Source of the DNA: Lingula anatina
Lineage: Eukaryota; Animalia; Brachiopoda
NCBI GenBank assembly: GCA_051362555.1
Contig: CM120641.1
Location: forward strand, 43,592,401 to 43,656,400
Length of the DNA: 64,000 nucleotides
Reading direction: 5' to 3'
This document shows, piece by piece, positions 1-25,286 of this stretch. A program made the translations under genes and the position numbers. The first letter of the stretch is position 1. Every line of letters starts with the position of its first letter. Under the pieces are notes generated by a model that saw only the letters and a program-made list of their open reading frames with translations, was not told where the DNA came from and did no database searches.

Positions 1-752
1 AAATTCTGTTTAACAAAATTGAAACAAGGTCCCCTACCAAAGAAAACTTGTTTTGCTTTAAAGAGAAATGTGCATAAACCCCCTGCGAGATAATAGAGGT
101 TTTACTAATTTACAGGACTGTAATTTAACATAGATCTGAACTTTTTTACAAGCACTGTGGAAGAAATAGTTGCTTCAAGTGACTTGAGCTTTGTAGAAAA
201 AATATTAAGATTGTAATTGAAAACAATTTATTCATTGACTTAGTTCATATTCTTGATTCCGGATCAATGGAAGCAATCAGTATAATACTGTCACAGCATT
301 TCATTGCCCCTGTATTTACAGTGTATACTGCTAACTAAAAGTCCATGACAGCCCACTTGAGAAGCCAGGCTCTAACTGGTGCATGATAACAAAAGGATAA
401 TATGGAGTGTCAGTGTAATGACACATAGAATTCACTTGTTCTGCTCTGTCACTTGACCATTATATGCTGGGAGGGGACCAGAACAATATCAGACAAATAA
501 AACAATTATATGTCTGTTAGTAAATCGGGTTAAAAGTTGTATATTTTACAATTTTTGCATTTAAACTGTGCAGTGGGATTAATCTACCCTTTACTGTGAC
601 ATTGCAGCAGCATTCCACCTATAGACTCTACACTGTCACGGTTTGATGGAAGCTATTATAGCTATACCATGTTGTACATGCACAGACAATTACATTAATA
701 GAATAATATATAGGCTTTTTTGATGCTGTGGCAGAAATTATAGATCCTATAA

Positions 753-907
753 CAGGCCCGTAGCTTGGGGGGGGGGGGGGTGGGGGGGGTCAGAAAAAGG
801 TCCATTCTGGGTACAATTTGATCTAGGTACACAAAGATTTCATTATAAAAGGTCCACTTTTTCAGAAAAAGAACCTCCCCCTTTTCAATTTGCTGGCTAC
901 GGGCCTG
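753..907. mobile_element. MITE with CAGGCCCGTAGC terminal inverted repeats and a poly-G tract (family copy 1)
   Basis: caggcccgtagc at 753 and its reverse complement gctacgggcctg ending at 907. The internal sequence matches the reverse complement of 13324-13498. Confidence 0.7.
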
Positions 908-1828
908 CCATAATGTTAAGTGTCTGAAGCAGATTAGAATATAACATGTAGGCCACCTTCTGGGTGTTATAAAAGATGTGTTAGTGGTATTTTTGAACCT
1001 ATTGTAAAACAAGCCCAATTCTCATTTAAGTGGACTGATAACAACTTATTTTTGGACCAATACACTAAAATTTTGGTTTTAAATGTATCACCAACATATG
1101 ACTTATTTAATTTTGTGCAACCTCTCACAAGATTACTGAAGAGATTACATGGTTGGTTGTTGCTTCTAAAACCAGTAATTCCTGAAGTTGGGACTACTAA
1201 AACATTAACCTACATGTAAATCTGAACCACGTCTAATATTTAGGCCATTATGAAATGGATATGTCTATAGCAGGTAAGGAGAACCATATGATATTCATAA
1301 AATTAATGTGCTACTTGTGGAGATTAAGTAGTATACAGTAAGTAGCCCAAGCAGAATCTTACAGTCGGAACTGCAGCTTTGATAAGCAGGAAGGAAAACA
1401 GGCAAGAAAAAAGATTAAACATAATGCAGCCTGCATAGTCTTAACAAAGTCAACACATTTGTATTGCCTAGCTTTTTTTAACGGTGTGAAACTCTGCAGT
1501 GTATTTGCAGTGTACCTGAATGACTAATGTCACCAGTACGTGACTCACCCTCCACTGTCAATATATTGGCCAGGTAGTAGTTGGTAAAGTGCTTCAGGGG
1601 GGTGCGATTAGAATGCCATGGTAAAGTGGATCGCAATAGCTAAAATATTAACATTATTTAAATGCCTTAAAGTAAGAATAATTTTGAATTTGGGGTAACA
1701 GCAAAAAGGTGGTTGATCTTATTAAATGTTAGCCCCCTTTCTCCCCTTCTGTTTGTTTTCATCAAGTTAAGCTTAGTGAACTTTAGATCCATGACTTGAA
1801 GAAAACAATTTTTCCTCAAATTGTTTAA

Positions 1829-6697
<4,869 letters not shown>

Positions 6698-7224
6698 GGA
6701 ATGCTTTTGGGGGAATTAGACACACACTAACTGACTGCCTGCCTGGGATAGGCCAGTAATTTCACATAATATTGATAATCATCATCATTATAATAATAAT
6801 AATGATAACAGTTATAACAATAATTCAAAACTCATTCTATGTGATTATTTTTGTTAAGGCAATACATATAATCCATTGAAGCTTGGTCTGATAATAAGGG
6901 ACGTCTTAAAATGGTGACTTATGTTACTCAAGATGGGGTGATTGTTGTCTAATTTATTATTAACTGCTTTGCTTATGGCATCAGTAATGGTAATTGCCTA
7001 AGCTTCCACTACTGCTGGCCCAGAACCCATTACTAAGTTCTGTTTCACTGTGGTTCACATTATCTACACAGATTTTTAATTTCATTTATTGTTGATCATG
7101 TCATCTGTAATTTTAGGTTCTGAATCTCTAGTTCTTATTAGCACCATCTGATTCAACTTCAATTATTTGCACATGTAATTCATCCTATGTTTTAGCCAAC
7201 TGCTTTAAGATGATAATTGCACTG

Positions 7225-7406
7225 GGCTCCGTATCTCGAAAGGTTAGCTATGTTGCGCACGTGCGCAAGCGTCTCGATTCCATGGCCCCGTATCTGGAAA
7301 GAATCGCTTATAGAATCGAGACACTTCCGCACGAAATAGAATCAGTTATGGAATCGAGACACTTGCGCACGTGCGCAACATAGCAAACCTTTCGAGATAC
7401 GGAGCC
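7225..7406. mobile_element. PIF/Harbinger-like foldback MITE
   Basis: 59-bp inverted arms (7225-7283 and 7348-7406, 2 mismatches) flanked by CTG on both sides (CWG-type 3-bp TSD). Confidence 0.85.
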
Positions 7407-10218
7407 CTGGTCTCATACTAGACTTAGAGGTATGATGCATTCTGTGTTTTAGCCATCTTTTTGGCTGGAAAGCTTACAACACAGAACAAGTATGTTGCAA
7501 GTTGAGAGAAAGCGTTCTCTTTTTGACATCTTGTTTCAAAGCTGTTGAGGAGTCAAATTTTTTTAGATTGTTTATTTTCCATGTAATTATTTATACTATC
7601 ATTCAAATTATCAAGTTGTTTTAATTAATTGGTAGTTAGGCATGTGTTTGCATTTGTTTTCCAAATTATTCTGGTTCATGTCGACCACAAGGGGACTTCT
7701 GTGGCTTTTAGTTAAAACAATGTCAACATTTATGCCATAGTTTTCCATATAGAAGCATGCTTTTTTTGTTTCAGACAATCAGTTGAGTAGGTGCACAATC
7801 CTAGTAATAATAACCTCTGTTAAAGTCTAGGACTTAATACTTACTATTACAAATATTTATGTCATTATTTTGAGACAAAACATGCTCAAATGTTATTGGT
7901 TTTCATTAGTTTTTTTATTTCCATTTTTTAACTTTAATAGAAGGAAAATATGCCATAAATTACTTTTGCAAAGTCTTACTGATTGATATCAGTAAGTAAT
8001 TAACTCTGATGAAAACTAGTTTGCAAATGGTTATTTATTTATTTATTTATGTCTGGAAAGAAAAAGATTTGCAACAATTTCCCCATAGATAAAAAAGAAG
8101 CTAATTACGATTACCAAGTTCTTCTAAGCATTAAGATTATAAATCAATGAGTGTTTGTGTTACATGGCATATATTTTGATGAAAACCATACCTGTTATGA
8201 TTTATTTGAATGCATTTTATTCTCAGAAACTACATATAATTGCCCCTTATGTATTTTGTGCAATTGTCTTATTTATTTTTTATTTGCTGATTTCTTAAAA
8301 TATATTGAAGATTTTTGTTCTTGCTGATATTTCTAAACTATAACATCATTTGGACAGTTGTTGATAGATGCATCAATATTTTGCGATTGGAATTGTTGAT
8401 AACATATCCTTTTTAAGTGAGACGTAACAGTTCATTTAAATTTGTGCATGAATTTGTTTTTTGTTAAGCTGCTAGTCCAGTCTTATAATTTGATATTTAT
8501 GAATATGTATGCATGTATTTTGATGAATAAATGGCCTAGTCAGGTTTTCAAGTTAAGCCCAATGCCTAGTCAATGCTGCTGGTTTAAAAAACAATTTTGC
8601 AGTCTTCTGGAAGAAACAAGATGAATCTCCCAGCTAAATATGAAGATCTGTTCCTGGAAAGATACCCGAGATTAGTTCACTCATAGTGTAGCATTTATGA
8701 TGAAATGTAATGGAATATAAAAGTTAACTAACTTGTTTCCATAGTATTTAGTTATTTCTGAATGTAGAAGCATGTTAACAATAGAATTAAAGCAGTATTG
8801 CCTGTCATATACGAAAGCTCATATATATATTGCTTAATTGACACTTGGATGATGTTAGTTTAACAGAGAGTGCAAATTTGTGGTGGGCTTGTCTTGCTTT
8901 TACCTTTCCCCTATCACTGATGTCTATTGTGGGAGTTGGTTACCAGAGCTAGTGTTAACATCTTATGGTACTTTTCTTAATCACTTAAAATCACTTTGTA
9001 GAGCTAGATTTAACCCTGTTTGGAACAGATGTTTATAAGAACATTTTGTTGTAACTAAGAAACCAGTTGAAAGCTATTGAAACGGAACCAAAATATGAAC
9101 AGTTGAAATATGTCAAAGCCTTGTAGAAGGTGCTTTTTATTCTTAAAGATAATGAAATTCATTAAAATGAGCAGGAACTTTATTACAAACTAGAATTCTC
9201 ATTTGGACTATATATTTCTTATTTCACATTGAATTATTAAACTAAAACTTCTTTGTAAATATCATTTAATTTATCTTGTTTGATATATTTTAAGTGGATA
9301 ATGTAGAAATAATAGCTGAAAATTTCAAAAGACAGTAGGGCTTCCACTACATGAGCAGAGCAATAATTATGATTTATCAATTTATTAAAGAGGACAGTTG
9401 GGACTTTTCATGAAAAACATGATGGGAATTTTCCTTGAATTTTATACCTTAGTTCCCCTGCTTATGATACTCAATCATATTTGTTTAGATTTGTTTTGCA
9501 AACTAATTCATCCTATCATAGTCTAATATGCATAATTGGTCTTTTGGTTATCCATATTACACATATATATTTATAAATAGTTGTGCATGTGTTTAAATAC
9601 TTTCCTTGTGTTGTAGCATACCTTTGTTTCCCCCCTGTGGCTTTGTTTGGGTTGCTCCTGTAGTTTGCTATTTGCCTTTTCTCTTTCTTTTTAAGGGAAA
9701 AGAATGCGGGATCAGCTGCTGCGCATTTGGTGTTTGAGAACTACCAGAGAAATCTTCATATCAATAGGAAAAACCATGATACTTACTTGTAGTTGACAAC
9801 CATGGAATGCTATATCAGTGTATTTTGTTTGTTACCTTGACAGCGGCTTGTGATATGTTGCAAGTATTGTGATTTTGTATTGTGTTGGTTTTGAATGCAT
9901 TTTCAGAGACCAGGAATGAAAAGGGGCAAAAATTATCAATTGGATTTTATTTTGAAATCAGTGCATTTTCTGTTTATTGATTTTATCTGCTGTGAAGAAC
10001 TTTCATTAGCCATTTATTGTTTTTAGTTTTTGTTGTTTGTGAATGTACCTTTTTAATTTATAAATTTTGAATGTAGAATAATTGTATCTTTAAGTTAATA
10101 GTAGGTGCTGTGCTATAGAGTTTGTGGTAGCGATTATAATTACCGGTGCATAAGTCACATATGAAACATAGAACACCCTTTCTCCTGCATTTAAATGTTC
10201 AATGAGATTAAAAACTTT

Positions 10219-10432
10219 GGGCCTGTTTCACAAAATGACTAACGATAAAATTAGCTGGTAGAAAAACCACTAAATTAATCCATATACTTGTCTTGACAAT
10301 GAATTTTACTCTCATTAGTGATGGCCCATTTTGGCCATTATGTAGAAAATGCTAAAATACATTATGTCAGCTTTCTGATGTTGGCAGTCTTATCTAACTC
10401 CCAAAACTAGAGACATTTTGTTAAACAGACCC
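10219..10432. mobile_element. Degenerate Harbinger-like MITE
   Basis: Imperfect TIRs gggcctgtttcacaaaatgact and agacattttgttaaacagaccc. Confidence 0.6.
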
Positions 10433-10733
10433 CTGGCAAGAAATTTGCTCAATGTATTTTCAATGATCTGCTATCAGTTTCAATAAAGCAACAGATTTCT
10501 TACCTTCAGAGTATAACACAAAACAGACACCTGTAGTTTATTTGTCTCACATTATTCCTTTTGTTGGCGTCATTTTAAAAACTTTGTTTTGAGACTGCAG
10601 TCCCATGTTAATTTTGTATAGACACCTATAATTATAAGATATTGGGACACTTAAGCTTCTGCTGTGGAATGCATACATAGCCAAACTCTCAGCTTGGTTG
10701 GTGCTGGATTGCTAGTTGTACTGCAAACATATT

Positions 10734-11279
10734 CTTTCATGAAATATCTATAAAATGCTGTCATGGTAGAGCTTTCGTGAACTATATTCAGAGTGCATTT
10801 TTGAGAGCCATCCATTGGATGCTGGTGGGTGGGGGTACATTGGTGTATGCGGGTGTGGGTAAGAGGGTTGGTGGGTGGAAGGGAAGAGTATGGGGCCAGA
10901 TTGAGGCTGTCTTCTGGGTCTTCAGGAAGATGGTCAGATTTTCAAGTTTACACTGACGGGGTATCTAATTTTTGTTGTCAGAAGACGGTCAAAAATGGAG
11001 CATGGATCAACAAATTTAATAATTTAGAAGTCTGTCAGAAAATATCTCTGGATCCACCCCTGGCAGTATCTGGATAGTGGGTGGGTGGTTGGTGGGTGGC
11101 TCAGTGAAATTGGTGGGGTACTTGATTGGGGGGGGGAAAGTAGGTGGGTTAACAGGTAAGTTGGTGGGAGGGGCATACATGCTGATGATTAACTGATCCT
11201 TAAATGATTTATAGTTCTTTAGTTTTGCATGACGGCATCAGCACGGATCTAGCAGCCCGCTATAGATATTTCATGAAAG
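10734..11279. mobile_element. Non-autonomous DNA element with 19-bp TIRs and a G-rich interior
   Basis: ctttcatgaaatatctata at 10734 and its exact reverse complement ending at 11279. The interior has GGTGG/GGG-rich tracts. Confidence 0.65.
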
Positions 11280-13323
11280 TATTTTTATTTATTTATTATA
11301 ACAAAGATGTAGCATAACATGCCATTAGACACACCATTACCGAATGCTGCATTTGACTAGACCTGGTTTGAACCTGCTTCTTAGACTAACAGTTTGTGCA
11401 AAAACATATTTTACAGTGCTTTTGTGTGATCAGATTGGGTTTTTTGCTAATGCATTATGTGATGACTAGTGGTACCATTTGAATAGTATAGTGTAACAGA
11501 TATTCAAGATTTAAACAGTTGTCTTAATTTTTTTCTTGCTTATTTCAGAGAAAAAAATGCAGATATGACTTCTTTCCTATAGTTATCTTACTATATACAA
11601 ATATTACCAAATATTTTTTGTGTCTAGTTTTCATAGCATTCATGTAGAAGTCCAATGTGTGTTTCTAAATTTGGCTTGTTGCACTGCTGTGCTATGTTAA
11701 CGCTTCTCTTCAAAATCTTATATTTACCATTTTTAGGAGTAAGAAGCAATTAAAAGCAAAAGCAGCACCCCCATACCTGAGCAAACACTATGAATCGTGT
11801 GTGTGAAACATTTGGGAGTAGTCACTGTTATTTTAATAATTCAGTATGTAGTGGATATGGAAACTGCCTTTCAGTGTAGGAAACTTTGTAAATATGTTTT
11901 TGAATCCCTGATCCCATGAGATTAATTAGAGATCTGGATAGAAATGGGATCTGTTAACTAGTGTGTTTTATGTGGGATTCCAGATCCCTTGTATGGAGAT
12001 GGTAAATTCATGACATCAGTATAAGATCCTTAAACCCAAGAGGTTTATTGTGAGGTCATTCTGAAAAACACTGGGATTACTCTATATGTGTACTTCTTCA
12101 GGAACTTACCTTTAAATTAGTTCACATCAAATTTATCCACAGTCCTCAGACAAGCTTAAATCATATAGTTTTGTTGAAAAATTATTATGAAAATTGGCAC
12201 CAGCTTGATAGAAATGCGGACAGTAAATTTTGTGGAATCATTTACTTAAAAAGAAAGCACAAGGATTTCATAAACTGAAGGTCAGAACACTTGTCATCTG
12301 TTCATAGGTGTTCGAGAGATATATTTGAATTAAAATGAGCTTATGTGAAGTATTTAAAATGTAAAACTTTTTACAGCATTGTACAGGAAGATGTAGTTTG
12401 TCACTGAAGATGAAAGAACAGTTGAAGCAAAGTGACAGTTTGGCAACTTGCAATTATTCCGTGACATTTTAAAAGGTTTGTCCCACCTATCACTAAGAAC
12501 CATTTGGAAGAGGAAGGCATGATCTTTATTAGTAAATTGCTTCTTAGATGCCTTATGTTAATATTTTAAACAATTCCTATGGACTTTTGTGGAATTGGTG
12601 CTTACAAGTGGTAGTGCACAAATAGTTTGGCATTGCTTGTTATAAAGCTTGATTGTGAAAAGTTGTGAAAGCAAGCTCGTCTTTTCACTGAATTAGGAAG
12701 CTTGAGGTACTGCAAAACAATCTTTAGAAATGACACTTACAGTAGTATGTGTATAGTACAGTTATATGAGACACAGACGCCGAAGGATAGCAATTAGAAA
12801 AAGGTCTATACTATACGTCTTGATCCAAGCATATATACTCCATGAGTGTGATATTGTAAATGGGAACCTTGGGAACTGAACCCAGAAGTAAATGTTAGAT
12901 TACAGTCATAGGGAAGTCACTGTAAGTATTCAAATTACAGTGAAATGTTGTCACATCTAATGAATAATTTAGTGAAAAGCAATAGGAAACTGAACATAAC
13001 TGATTAGCTGGGTAATTATAATGTACTTTTACTGTATTACAATGCAGTGGAGTTTGTTGCTTAAAGTTTTGTCATTTATGCAAAAGTTTTAACATTGTGA
13101 ATAGTTAGTTTATTGTGATATTGTCAAAAGCCCCAACATTAATCATTCTTTTTCCATAATAATTGTTAACTCATTGTGCTGATAGATTCAGACACTAGTT
13201 TTATCTGGACTTTGATGCAATAAACATGACAAAATGTGTTTTTCCTCTTTGTCATTGTCTCTATACAGAATGACGCCAGTGCACAATTTTCTTATAATAG
13301 TATGCTTAGACTATCAAACATTT

Positions 13324-13498
13324 CAGGCCTGTAGCCAGCAATTTCAAAAGGGTTTTCTTTTTTTTTTTTTTTTTTTTTGAAAAATTAATGTGAACCTTTT
13401 ACCATGAAACCTTCATGTACTTAGATAAAATTTTACCCAGAGGGGACCTTTTCCCAGCCAAAAAGGGGGTTCTTTTGGAAACTCCACCCATGGACCTG
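13324..13498. mobile_element. MITE (family copy 2, opposite orientation to 753-907)
   Basis: caggcctgtagccagcaatttcaaaaggg...gtacttagataaaattttacccaga...cctg aligns to the reverse complement of 753-907. cattt occurs on both flanks. Confidence 0.65.
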
Positions 13499-13712
13499 CA
13501 TTTAATTATACAGGCACCGTAGTTGTCTGTACGTATTGTTACCACCTGTGTCTGTGCCTTAATTGTTGGAGTCAGAGTATTGACCATGCACATCTGTTAT
13601 TGATTGGGAGACAATACTGCCAGGTGATTTCAAATTGCAGGCCAATAACTAGGGCAGTCTCAGGAAAAGAAAAGAAAACTGGACTGAACATACAATTTCT
13701 ACAAATTCCGCA

Positions 13713-13718
13713 TTTATT
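13713..13718 (-). terminator. Candidate polyadenylation signal of DPP9
   Basis: AATAAA on the minus strand about 880 nt downstream of the stop codon. Confidence 0.35.
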
Positions 13719-14592
13719 GTACAAAAAATTCATTCCTATTCCCGTAATGTTTGATTGATATGTTTGACGCATAGATCTGAAAATTTAAAAGTATTATAAG
13801 ACAAAAGTGGTGAAATTGGCTGCTAAGATGCATGCCTTAAAATAATATCTCTTTGACACAATTTTTTTTCAAGTGAAACTAAAATGCCAGTAAATTTAAA
13901 AGTTTTTACATGAAAACATTTCAACCCATTACAAAATGCCTCATTTGTGAACATGGGAACTAGCAGAATAAAAGCTGCAACTTCAGTTGCAAGATGTCCT
14001 TTTTAAATAACTTGGCCTGAGTTTTCTGCTGTCCAGCTATGCTTATCAAAAGTACTGTGTTATGAAAACTAAGTCATTACAGCAATGGATGGTTCTGTTG
14101 AGGTGTAAGTGTATTAAGCAGGAAGCTTGGCTGCCTTCATATTTCCCATCACTTCCTTCACAAGTCATGTATATATTTATATATGTTTATATATACTTCA
14201 TTAAAATCAATGAAATGGGTAAAATCAATATCATCTTCATGTAATTTAAGACCAACATTCCCTGGAAATTGTTCTTTTACTGATAGAATCCACACTTCCA
14301 TAAAGGACAATCAAGTTCAAGATGTGCAGGGGCATCAATGTCCCAATAATCTCAGGGTGAGAACACAATTCTTCCTATATTGTGGCAATATAATGTGGCA
14401 AGCAACAAGTTATGGTTGCAATATTTTCAAAAATGCATGGAGAAAACGGCTGACTTCTACCAGGAAGTTTGCAGTAGTTTTCTTAATTGCACTTTTCACA
14501 ATACCCGTTGTGCTAGAGGATAATTGTATTAGTGGCCAACTAGGAGCTTACATATATATATATGTATATATTTATATATATATGTGTATGTG

Positions 14593-24410
<9,818 letters not shown>

Positions 24411-24779
24411 TTTAATCTGAAAATAAAACAGAAATATCACGTGTAAAAGGCATTGGTCTATGTTGGCTCATTTTATACAAATCATATATTGATAAAATGG
24501 GGCAGATACATTTCAAACAGGCATAACCACATAGCAGGATACTAACATCAGGTGAAAAACTGAGAATGAAGCCAGAGCTCAATTTAATGGAAGGACCAGC
24601 TTTGAAGTATCTCTGGCCTGTATAATTTACTGCACTGCCTGGTCTTTGTTTCTTAATTCTAAGCATGCCATCAGTCGTTCAACTGTCCTATCTCGATGAT
24701 TAAAGTGTGGAACTTTCATGACGCTTTGGAACGCTTCATCCAAGGTGGAAATGGAAGTCAAGACTAACATTTAGACTAG

Positions 24780-25286
24780 ATTTAACCAGGTATACGAGTA
24801 ATGGAAACTACCATAATGCGGCGATCAATTCGATACAATCCATGTATATGTTAAGAACAGAACATAGCAAAGATCAACTGAAATTGTGAATACACTTTGA
24901 AAATGAATAACCAAGATTCAGGACTTAAATATGACAGTAACAAACCTGAATCTGCAAGAGTCACAGCTGAGAGTAGAATGACCTTACCTCAGTTCTTACA
25001 AGTACATTAGTCATGCCAATTTATTTTAAATTACCTAATTTACATGATTAGATTCTTTACAAACAGGCTCATATTTGAATGTAGTCAAGTTAATGTTATT
25101 TCTTTATCTTAATAACATGTTTCAAAGATAAAAATGCTTTTTGAAAATTTTCACATTTTTAAAGAGAAGACCGTGGTAAAAGGTTTGCTTCGCGGATTCA
25201 ATATGTCTGCGCCCATGGAACACAAACGTAAACATGTAGTTTGGGCAAAATATTGACCGATTTGTGCAGGGCAAGGAGACTATGAA
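24780..25286. promoter_or_regulatory. Shared bidirectional promoter region of DPP9 and METTL25B, including a probable non-coding first exon of DPP9
   Basis: Start codons at 24410 (-) and 25287 (+) diverge. The DPP9 ATG exon has an acceptor just upstream (exon starts 24416), and a strong minus-strand donor GAG|GTAAGG lies at 24988. Local CpG clusters sit in otherwise CpG-poor DNA. Confidence 0.6.

Larger units (their letters stand above)
6698..13240 (+). other. Probable long 3' UTR of PSD
   Basis: T-rich + strand with no credible coding exons. AATAAA at 10482 and 13219, the latter followed by a GT/T-rich element. The extent is inferred. Confidence 0.45.

Noticed and set aside
1244-1273. Possible 30-nt cassette exon ending in CAG|GTAAGG in the PSD intron
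   Set aside because: Weak acceptor and a stop codon in the required phase; no support without RNA data.
8404-8413. ATATCCTTTT, a U12 AT-AC donor consensus
   Set aside because: Lies in the presumed 3' UTR with no matching branch point or AC acceptor identified; likely chance.
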